A stretch of DNA of 64,000 nucleotides from Ascidiella aspersa. Taxonomy: Eukaryota. The position numbers were made by a program, and so were the translations under genes. Below are positions 12,001-22,154 of this stretch, one piece after another. The stretch's first letter is position 1, and each line of letters begins with the position of its first letter. The DNA lies in the NCBI GenBank assembly GCA_963924565.1, contig OZ004610.1, forward strand, positions 31,496,001-31,560,000. Direction: 5' to 3'. The notes under the pieces are model-generated. The model was given only the letters and a program-made list of their open reading frames with translations, was not told where the DNA came from and made no database searches.

Positions 12001-14158
12001 AAGTAACTCAGTCATTTGTTTTAAGCAAAAACATGTATTAAATGGTACAGGATTTGTATCACTATCAGCGACCCTGGTCCAACGCAGTGGTTTTTAACTG
12101 GGTGCCAGCAAAAAAAATATACAAATTTGCAGTAGGCTATGAATGATAAAATAATATATGTAAAGTGCTATACTTGTGTAGCAGGTTCGAGCCTTGGTAT
12201 TTCTTAACGTTATTTACCCAACTGTATCAAACAGCAGTTACCGTTGGGAACTAGTAACAAAATAAAATATCAGATAACACCAATTGTTTCAGGGAACTGC
12301 AGAGCCAGCAGATCGATCTCAAGAACCGGTTTATGAACATGTACGACGTCAAAGTCAAGTTAGAAGCAAGTATCAAAGACCACAAACAGGTAATAGTTGT
12401 TTGGAATACAATTTTTGGTCATCTTGTGCACTTTACTGAAAATCGCACGCCTATGTGAACAACTGAACATATGTATCTGAATTTCGCTATCCAAAGCCTT
12501 ACAAGCTGTGGGGTCGAACTCGGACTTGGGACTCGACGAAGTCAGTTTGTTTTGCTGGAGTCGAACTCTGGACTCGAGCAAAACTACCCGATTCCCACGT
12601 TCGTATTACCAAGTTTTAAAACTAATATGGACGCAAATTGTAAAGGCGGAATAGCATATGGTGGATATTTTCCAACAATGTTTTAAGTGGATGAGTTGTA
12701 TCAAACCTTATAAGTGAATTTCTGAATAGCCACCGTATTTAGTTATCTAAGTGGTGGAATACAGGCGGAGCCGGACTCGGGACTCGACGAATCGATTAAA
12801 TTGCACATTTGGCCAGACTCGGGGTTATTTTTAACCGACTCCGCAGCCCTACACGGCATATTTTTTCGTGCGTTAACTTAAACAATACTGCAATTGAATT
12901 ATTTTTATTTTAGCTGCTGAAACTCCAGGAAAAGTTAAACGCGGCTTTGCGGCAATACTACCACGATCGCGGAGAATTCAACCAAGCGGGGTTGACCAAG
13001 TTCTACGTTCAGTCACAGGTAAGTAGATTAAAACAAGATAGAAATCAGCCAAACATATAGAAATTGGGTGATCAAATGAAATCTGCTCTATTGAGTTTTA
13101 TTGTTTTACTGTTTGCAGTTCGATAATAATATAATATTAAACAGTAACTACTCCAAGATGTAGCAAAACCTTCTTATATTAGCACCTAATAAGTCAAACT
13201 GGGGGGCGCTAGATACACACACCTATGTGTTTAACTGTGACCTAGTCCTTCTGAGGTTGATTTTTGACCAACGATTACGGCTTACGTATAATTAGTACAC
13301 CGTAAGCCATCGCAGACTTCACCGAATCGGTCGATCAATGATGCAAGCAGGGCAGGCACTTGCCCGGTGAATCTGCGAATACTTAATGTGCACTAGGTTT
13401 AAACTTCAACAGTGGTTAAAGGGTCAGAAGCTACCCCAAATTGCGTCGTTGTTTGTTTTTTTACGAAACGACCTGGAGGGTGACCAAACACTATATATAT
13501 GACGAAACTCACTAGGGTGTGAAAAACTAGGGTCAGTCATAAGTAAACAACACCTGCAAAGCATGGTATTATAGAGCTGCTAATTTGTATGTCAAACTGG
13601 AAGTCGAACCAAGAAGCAGCATAAGAGAAGTCCGTCTTCTGAACATAATCACCCAAATCTTAAGCATACTTAAAAAGGCAAAAGAAATTCGCATTTACGC
13701 AGTCTCAAACCTCCCCACTATGGACTTACCGCCGTGGGCTGCACTAGAAATCAAAGGCATTCCTTTCTGGGCTGGATTATGACAGTCAACGTTGTTCGTA
13801 GCGTCCCGTCGAACAGCTTCGCATGCCTGGGTTTAAACCACCCTGGTCCAGCCAATAACACTTTCAATGTCAAAATACCAAGTAAAATGACATATTTTCA
13901 AATCTATGAACGTAGCAGTCGTATAAGCCCACAATATAAATCACCAGCGCGTGTGAGACCCTTTCCTTTTATTTGGCGTATAACAACGCGGTGTCTCGAT
14001 GCTATTCGCAGAACAACACGAGCATGATGATGGGCGTGCAGAACGGGCTGGAGATCGCGATCGACAACATCTCGCTCTTTCTCAAGTCGCAAATCGACGG
14101 AACGGCCACCACGCGCGTCCACCAGGCGGCGCAAGAGTGGCTCGCAGCTCCGTCGTGA
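1..14158 (+). CDS. CCDC178: CCDC178-like coiled-coil protein, 5' end outside the window, 21 coding exons visible, one in-frame TAA at 1857-1859
   Basis: Phase-consistent GT-AG exons: <1-127, 205-298, 441-560, 729-796, 907-1057, 1774-1924, 2745-2823, 3105-3238, 4422-4671, 5484-5620, 6080-6210, 6784-6836, 7593-7701, 8141-8256, 9262-9375, 10062-10207, 10883-10968, 11559-11685, 12293-12389, 12914-13018, 14012-14158 (TGA). Motifs RRSCELVNTTSPCV, LPAAVQKEHDACAFDISELQWH, FMNMYDVKVKLEASIKDHKQL and FLKSQIDGT resemble vertebrate CCDC178 as I remember it (SCALVNIPAPCV, LPLAVQKEHEAYLSDVIELQWH, FFQTLTDGT). Confidence 0.85.
5650..5915 (+). repeat. Interspersed repeat shared with 19330-19615
   Basis: Collinear GGGTAAGTAGGC...CCGCTAAAA.ACCTGTCCTTAACTT...ATTGCTCGTTA.GT.TATATTCACAAATC...CACAGTGATTC in both copies. 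Confidence 0.8.
8786..8834 (-). ncRNA. Minimal type-I hammerhead motif (family A)
   Basis: Minus: TTAGTCC-CTGACGA-A-GGCTTGC-CGGATA-GTAAGCC-GAAA-CG-TT-GGTTAA. 7-bp stem II, palindromic ACGT stem III, bulged stem I. Confidence 0.7.
10306..10545. mobile_element. MITE nested in an older CAGGGGCGG-type element
   Basis: TIR CAGAGGCGTAGC / GCTACGCCTCTG; TSD GCCCTATA/GCCTTATA. Confidence 0.8.
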
Positions 14159-17100
14159 TCACGTGATACGAAGGCCGCTCAGGTTCTGACGGAGGTTGAG
14201 CGCCTCTTTGTTTTGTCGAGTCTTTTCCGTCTGGAAAGCTTGTTTCGTAGCCTTCTTCTCTTGTCGACGTTCCTGTTGCGTTTTTTTATGGTTGTTTTTT
14301 TTTGTTGCGCGTCGCAAAATACACAAGTGTGTTGGGATAACGGCCTGGGGTGTATGCGAACCGCAGGACTGTATCAGTTTGGGTCGTTACTGCCTGGATC
14401 GATTTGGGGGGGTTATTAGGTATTATAAACCTTCAATAATTGGAATCTCGCAAACATAATTAAGGAGTGCATTGGGTTTATCTATGTATTAAAGCTTTCG
14501 TACTTGGAATCTCGAAAACATAATTAGTGAGTTTATTGGGTTTAACTATGTATTAAACCGTTACTATTTTGTGATCTCGTAAACATATTTGTGAACCCGA
14601 CAACGTGTTATAATTGAAGGTCGTTGCAAATTATAGCTAAAAGTACAACATTTTTTAAATCCATAGTTTCGTGCAAATTAAAAAAAGGCATTATTCTTTT
14701 TTAACACTATATTCGGTTTCGTCGTTAAGAAAACGCCAGAAAATATTTTAGTATTATTGTGTATCAAATTATATATCACAACCTTCCGAGCCTCTTTTAC
14801 TGCCTTCTTTCTCAATGATTTTTCCTCTTTGCTTTCGTCTTTATTTCGTATGTGAATTGCAGGAGTTTCTTCGCTTTCATCGGGTTCTTCTGGCTCGTTT
14901 AGTTGAGCAAGCTTTATCAGGCAAACAATAGAGATTAAAAAGCAATTTGGTGTTGTATGATGGCAAACCCACGTTCAGGAAAACAAGTTACCTGTTTTTT
15001 AGTCAGTCTTCGCTTTTCTTGTACTGGCATCCCCGTTCGTTCGGAAATTTTAATTTTCTGAAACAATTTAACTTGTTAGATATAGTTTTTTTTATGCAAA
15101 TTAAGCTTTAAGATTTTTTACCTTGATTTGTGAATATTTTATTAAATACATTACTCTTGTAAGGCATCCTCAGTCCTCACCTATTCCTACTCTTACCAGC
15201 TTGTCTAAACAAGCATATTTAAAGTATATTTTAAAGGGAATTATACTTTGTATTAAGTGTATGCGAAATTCCTCTTTGCCAGGCGAACCTAGACATTTTC
15301 TGTTTCTTGTGCGACCCGCTGTCAAAAATAATTGCCCACCTCTGAGTTAGTTAGAGCAATGTTGAGTAAAAAAGGCTCCAAGCGTCCAAGGCCTTTCATT
15401 GTGGTTTTGTGGTAATTTTTGGCATTTTAAGAAACTAATCATGCTTAGAACTAGCTAGTTAGAGCATCAGATACGCCTCAAGGTTTATAAATCGGACATT
15501 ATTTCCGGTAAGTGGAGTGACATAGTTAGTTTGCATCACAAATCACTAATAAGAAACGGTTTATTGTCTTCATCAACAAACACTTCATATAAGTAAATAT
15601 CATTACAGTGACAATACCGTGTGATAAGTTATTAGCGAGTTTCGGAACAATATTGAATTCTTAAGACCCGCGAAAAAACGTTTACATCAAAATTTTTAAA
15701 TTATTAACCTAATTGCACTATGTCACACCTTGTGAATTGTTACAAGAATAACTCTCTAAAAGAAAAAAACTACTTAACTTATCAACAGAACAAAATACAC
15801 TTACTTTCGGTTCCTCAATTAGTCTTGGGTGATTGTACAGCGTTGAATACGTACCTGGGTGAGCAAAAACGAATTTAAATCTCAAATAAACTTCCAATAA
15901 TAATGGTAGGGCAAAATAAAAGGAGCTCACTTAAAATTGATTCACAATCCCATTTTTCCTTTTCAACCTCTTTTACAATTGGAACCATGTCATCTTCATT
16001 TGTGGCGGTATGCAAGAGTAGACACTTTTCCTTTTCTGGCATGTCTTCCGGCTCCCTAAATTAAATCGTTATTTAAACATTTAGGATTTTTTTTCAAAAT
16101 TAGTCAGTTTTAAATTTTTATGTTAAATAACTATGTTAAATTACTGTTTTCATGACAAATTTAGTTTTGTAGATTTAGTAAAAAGTTTTAAAATTTCAGG
16201 CAAGACGCAGGGTGGGCATAATGTAGATGCAGTTTTGGGTTTCTGGGGTCTGCCCCCCTAAGGGCCTTTATTTGGGGTGACAAAAACTCCAAAATTCTGT
16301 GATATTATTATTTTAAAGTAATCGCTTAATAGAAATAATTATTTTGCAAAAACCACTTACTCATTTTCTTCAATGATCCCCAAGAGCATTTTGATTTCCT
16401 GCTTTTGTTCCAATTCATCAACCGGAATGTTCCCATCGATTTCAACTTGGGCGAGATCACCAATACATTCGTCATCATAGCTCTCAAAAAACTACATGAA
16501 CAATCAATAATTAATATTAAAAAAACATTTTCCTGACGATTTTTTCATCACTTGGTTAACAAAAAAGGAGTTAAGCAAAAAAATAAAACATTAGTTTACC
16601 AAAAAAAAACATAAGGCGAAAAAGTTGTTTACTTTTAATTTGGGCACTAGCAAAACTCGTCTATTGTGTTCCTCTTATTTAGAAGGTTTATTATTCATGG
16701 GCGTTAAAGTTCAGTTGTACACATAAATGAAAAGCACACAAGGTTTAATGGGAAGAATACAATGACAATTCCAACTCAAACCAATAATTACTGCACCATA
16801 GGGACGCAACATGTGCATGCTGCAGCAGTAGACTCTTAAAGTAAAATGGCCGAACTATGTTAAAGTTGTCGTACCTTCTCAAACCGGTCATCCAGGTGAC
16901 TTAAATTCTCATTTCTTCTCATTACGGATGACGTCATCGAGTAGCTGGTGAAACGAGACTTGGTTTCTTCCTCGGAAAAGTAACTTTCATCATCATCGTC
17001 ACCAAACTCACTGGAAAAGTCATCTTCACTTTCACCATCTGTTTCTTCTTCTGGGGTTGTTCTGAAATAGTAAAACTATTTCATCGAAAATAAATAAAAG

Positions 17101-20100
17101 TGCTACCTGTTTAGTTCTTATATTGCTACACAATTGATAGAGCTCAATAAATCCTGCTACCTATTAGATTCCTCAGGGAAGAAATGATTTACAACAAAAA
17201 GTTAATGATAATGAAACACAGAATCTGATTTAGGAGTAACTATTCAGTTTTAGTATGTAAATGATTTTCTAATGGGATTAAAACAAACAATTGGATATTC
17301 TGAGTAATTATTTAATAAACCTAACTGGTATAACACATGTCAATGGCAACATTTTCAACTTTTGTTAATTTCATTGTAGAATGGTTTTTGTATTGAAGCT
17401 TTAAAAAGTATAAAAAAAACATTGACACAGTGGTAAATGTATCGCACTAATGGTAAGCAACTACCCTTTCTTTTCATCGAATGGAAGCCCATCAATATGA
17501 CAGTTATTTCATATATGGCTTTTAAGCTTAAAACTTTGTAACCTAGATATGCATTTATCAGTGCTGTAATGAATTGACTTAAGTCACTGTGTTAAAATAA
17601 CTTTCAGTAAATTCAGTACAAAAAGTCTCTGGGACAAATTACTTGTGTTAAGTCTATGACTTGACTTAAGTATGATTGAGTCATTAGGTTAAATAACTTG
17701 ATTTAACATCTCTTTCAATTTTCAATTAGCTGGTTATATAGGTTATTTTAGTTTAGGTATTGCTCATTATCTTCAAGTTTACCAATTTTAATAGTTTAAC
17801 TTATTTTTTTACAATTGACATGACTAGGGCAAATGATGACTTGAACTTTGACTTGACTAGTTATTTTTACTAATGACTGGACTTAAGTCATTTCCAAAAT
17901 CCCTACATATATTTTTTATTGGAATTGTTAAAAAATCTAATGTTTGGCATTAACCGCACAGTAAAGTTCACCTATGTTGTGGCTGACTGGCTTGAATAAT
18001 GAAATTATCCTCAAGGAGGTTGTCTGGGTCTTCAAAGTTGAAATCTTCTTCCAATCCTGCAACGATGTCAGGATCCCAACTTGGCTGCGGACCTGAAAAA
18101 ATACATAGTCATAAATCGCAACCTTATAGTTTTTGGAGCATAAAGGTTGTAGTAAGACTTAATAAGAATATCTCAAAGCCCAGAAGTATGTATCATTTTG
18201 AACGTTTCGAATAACTCTTTTCATTTTCAACATAGAGAGAAGGCACTGATTAGAAGTGTATATTATAATGCGGAGGCAGACTTCAGATAGAAGGAAACAA
18301 GGAGACATACACTATCTAAACCAGGGTGTGCGGCTTTAAGAAGGATTAGTGTATTATTTGAATAAACACTGTGTCTAGTGTCGCACTTCGCCTCAAGCAA
18401 AAACGTATCTTGTTTATGTCCTTCATTTTAGATGTGATTTGTTGAGTGTAAACAGAGGTACTTTTGTTGCGGCGTAAGTTTTTTTGTTTTGTGTTGAATA
18501 TAGCGTGGTAACCTTTGTTTATTGTATACTTTCGAATTAAGTAACTTAGTTGTTGTAACCATCATTGTGTTTATTGACCGTTAACTGATAAAGACATCAA
18601 CTTTCAATCACAATTAAGAAAGAAAATTTAATGTTTTGTTACCTTTCGGTGGTATGGCGCGATGTAACATTCCAATTTTCTCCTCTGTTGTTGAACCGAA
18701 GACTACTGAAGGTAACCTCAGAATGGTGTCGTCTTCTCTTGTAATCTCAGTCACTTCTTCATTTCCATCCATTGGTTGCATTTCAAAGCTGACTGAAATA
18801 AAATACAGTTGCTCCAGATAACAGTGCTTATTAATTTATTATGTGTGATAAGTGACGAAAAAATGTCTAAAGACAGATATTACATACATGAATATTCACG
18901 GAAAACACTCCCTCTAAAAAAACTGTTGCTACCAGGCATAGTAATATAATTCAAAAACAGCTCCTCTGGTAATTGTAATTCTTTACTGACATTTCGGCAA
19001 CCTATGCAAGTCGCCTTCTTCAGGGTGAATGACACCAAAAGCTCATAGTACAATATATGGAAAACACACAGAGGTAAAAATGCAAGAAAAAGACCCTTGT
19101 AACAACACAATAAAAAGTAACAACATGTATTTAATTAATAACACTACCTCTATGATCTTCTTTTGGTACCAAAATTGCTATTTCTTTATCCTGTGGTGCC
19201 CTCATATGTTGCATATAGTTGTAATCGTCATCAAACTGAACTCCATAAATTCTCTGCTCACTCCAACGTTCTTCTCTTTCAATCGGCGTCTTACAGAAAT
19301 AAAAAAGGTGTAAGATTTAGGGATTAAAAGCTGTGTAGTTGATACGGGTAAGTAGGCATTGGCTCTTAGGGTGCAAGCCGGCGGCTGCATAAGTTTTTTA
19401 TTCGTTCCTAGTTACACCTCTAAGGAGCCGCTAAAAGACCTGTCCTTAACTTCTTGAACTCGACAGAGCCACTTCACTCAGTTGGTATTGCTCGTTAAGT
19501 ATATATTCACAAATCGCAGTACAAACGATAAGATAACACAGTGATTCCGATACTGCTAGTATAAAAGTAGAATGAATCGCTAAACACCACACTCGCCTGG
19601 GCGTTGGCAACACCTTAGTGTACACAAGTTATGGTGATGTCAAGTTGGGTAACACAGTGGTAAGTTAAGGAAAACTACTCCCTATCGCTACAAAGAGAAG
19701 GATTAATTCCTTTATTCTAAAGATTGTTGTATATCTTTATGATATATGACTAACTTCTTCAAAATTTCTGTTTTCGGAGGGATGTTGCCCTTCCATTGGG
19801 ACGAGGACCCTTTGCGGAGCATCTTCATCTGCAGCCAGGGGATCTTTTTGACTCCTGAGAATAGTAATGAAATTATGAAGAAGTACTGAATTAGTCTAAC
19901 AATTATGTGTTCTAGATGATTAGTGCTTTTAAGATCATTTTTAAGAAATGGCATTCTTTCCAATTATTATTGGTATAGTTTGTTTTCAATGTTGATTGAT
20001 ATAGTGAATGTTTTACAAGATTGACACTCACTTTTATAACAAAATTCAAATCTTACATTTTCAAATAAATTTTCGGAATATTCAAAGAAAATACCTAAAA

Positions 20101-20371
20101 TTGAATTACTTGACATTGAAAATATTACCAAATACATTTAATGATATAAATCACTTGATCGAACAATAAAAGTATGGCACTCCTTTAAATACTAAAGAGC
20201 AGAGTTAAATACACTTTATTATAAGCTGTCAATTTACCTATGAACTAGCTGAAAGGTGACAGACTTTTTCTTGTCAATGAAAGGCTTCTTGCTACGACGT
20301 GGCTGGAAAGATAAATAAGAAATTTGATTGGCTGGCCTTTAAATAAAAATATCACCCTACTGACTTACCAT
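14159..20371 (-). CDS. LTV1: Protein LTV1 homolog (40S ribosome biogenesis factor), 13 coding exons, ~460 aa
   Basis: Exons (minus): 20371-20369 (ATG only), 20302-20238, 19854-19755, 19289-19148, 18792-18643, 18092-17972, 17061-16875, 16491-16361, 16055-15931, 15854-15805, 15057-14992, 14911-14783, 14272-14159. Diagnostic motifs: KKPFIDKKKSVTFQLVHRSQKDPL, YGVQFDDDYNYMQH, EETKSRFTSYSMTSSVMRRNE, KWDCESILSTYSTLYNHP, ERRQEKKATKQAF. Confidence 0.96.
14400..14590 (+). repeat. ~65-bp tandem repeat, about 3 copies
   Basis: TTGGAATCTCG.AAACATAATTA..GAGT..ATTGGGTTTA.CTATGTATTAAA repeated. Confidence 0.8.
18982..19029 (-). ncRNA. Hammerhead motif (family A), partly decayed, sense within LTV1 intron 4
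   Basis: Minus: TTCACC-CTGAAGA-A-GGCGAC-TTGCATAG-GTTGCC-GAAA-TG-TC-AGTAAA. Shares the flanking GCTACCAG.CATAGTA...CCTCTGG sequence with the 8.7-kb copy. Confidence 0.65.
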
Positions 20372-20599
20372 TGTCAAGTTACCTTATAGGTAAGAGATTG
20401 AAAAACGTAAGCAATCAATTTTACAAAAAATTATTTGCCAGAAGCTGTTTTCTTACTTAAGGTTTTTTAAGTTGCATGGCATATTAATCCAGACCACTAG
20501 AGCATATTATTTCGCCTAAAATATATACTAATTTATACCAAAGAATTGTTTATACTATCTTTAAGATAAGAATGTTATGTGACATTGCGAGTGCATCAG

Positions 20600-20910
20600 A
20601 AAGAATAAAGATTGAAAGTAAACCGGAACGTCCCTGGCCAAAAAACATTATTTATCAACACGGCGTACTTCCGAAGTTATTTTACCGAAACGATGTTCCG
20701 ACGGCAACTCTTTAAAAAATGTTCTTTTTTACCAGGCCATGTCCTTTTTTCACCAGGTCATCCCCCATATTCTTGAATGTATTTAATTTCAGACTTTAGT
20801 TGCATACTTGTGCAAAAGGTTTTCTAAGGTTACATTTTTTGTTTTAAACTTCCGTTATAGCGTAACTTTGTGACGTCATCTCCTAAATTTTCATGCCTTC
20901 CGTTTAGAAC
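20600..20910 (-). promoter_or_regulatory. Probable LTV1 promoter region
   Basis: 230-540 bp upstream of the ATG. Several ETS-like CGGAA/ACTTCCG motifs and TGACGTCA at ~20871, with CpGs present. Confidence 0.4.
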
Positions 20911-21572
20911 ATTTTTCATCGCTCAAATAACAAAATTATTCTACTTAGTTTGTGTTCAATGTGACTGTTTATTCTTTTACAATCTTTTCTTTAAAGCTAG
21001 TTCAAGGCAAGACAGCTAAAGTTGGATGTAGGTTGGCAGAGTACAGTCAAGCAATTCTCCAAACTTGCTAAGTTTTACGTCATACTGATTTTCAGTTGTA
21101 GGTATAGTCGTTGGCATACGATGACAAACTAAATGTTATTTATATTGGCGCGCATCATAATTCTGGCCTTGAAAGCCACAGCCACATAACGTACACCGCG
21201 TGAGTCGTAACACATAACCCTGTTTTCTTCACCAAACAAACTAGTTGAAAAGTGCGAAACGAATATAATATTGTGGTAATAGCTTACGAACGAATACAAA
21301 ACCCGTTTAAGTAGTATTTACAGCTCAAAGCCGCGCGTATCATGGCAGCCTACTTTATAATATTCAAATTTATGAAACGCATTTTTAGCTCTTTACGCCA
21401 TTTTTTGTGTCTTTTAAACACGACATAGCAAACGGGGGGTTCAAACGCCCAATATATAAACGATAACATGTATCGCCTATTTTAGCGAGGTCGGTACAGA
21501 GACCAGTCGACCGATTGGGATTGTGGGTAAGTGGGACTCCCGAAGGAGCAGGTCGCTTCAAATACTGTAGAC

Positions 21573-21905
21573 CAGGGGTTCTTAAAACTTTTTTTACCGT
21601 GGACCCCTAAATTTTTTTTTCCTTTGCATGGACCCCGGTAGGCAAGAACGCTCCAAAATGGCGTCATAATATGACGTCATAATACAAAAAGACTTCATAA
21701 CTCTGTTTATTTCGGTCCGAAAAATATGAAAGTTAAATGGAGTCTAACTATACATTCAGTGCAAAACCGTTTAATTTTTTAAGTGTTTTCTTTGAAAAAT
21801 AATAACTTCTTAAGTATACACTAGTTCTTTAATTAGGCCTTCATGGACCCCCTAAAACTATTTCACGGACCCCCCCCAAGGGATCCATGGACCCCAGTTT
21901 AAGTT
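21573..21905. mobile_element. GGGGTCCATGG-family hAT MITE (copies also 4043-4383, 6980-7310, 60560-60905)
   Basis: Shared CAGGGGTTCTT...GGGGTCCA[CT]GG ends and internal TGACGTCA and TTTGCACTGAA segments across four copies. Confidence 0.75.
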
Positions 21906-22154
21906 AATCAGATATTGCAACCCTGACACATTTCGAGTATCCAAAAGTGGTTGGGTAAATGGCTTTAGCTTTTCATTGAGCTTTATAGCTTCTTTTTAAT
22001 GTTTGTTTGGTATAGTTCAACATAGATCACAGTAGCCTACTGGCTTTTTCAAAATGGTCAAAATCCGGGAATTGGTTAACTGTCAAGAACTGCACACTCT
22101 CATTTCTATAAATTAAGTTTATTCAACGGAAAGCGTTTGTGCATTACACAAAAG

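Noticed and set aside
14400-14590. CRISPR-like appearance of regular repeats (also 26040-26220, 31470-31750, 56780-56880)
   Set aside because: Eukaryotic context, no unique spacers and no cas genes; these are ordinary minisatellites.
15465-15580. Possible box C/D snoRNA in an LTV1 intron (TTGATGA...CTGA on minus)
   Set aside because: Imperfect box C, no terminal stem, no recognisable rRNA guide.
17463-17545. Possible extra LTV1 exon
   Set aside because: In-frame stop after the available acceptors; the flanking exons already join in phase.
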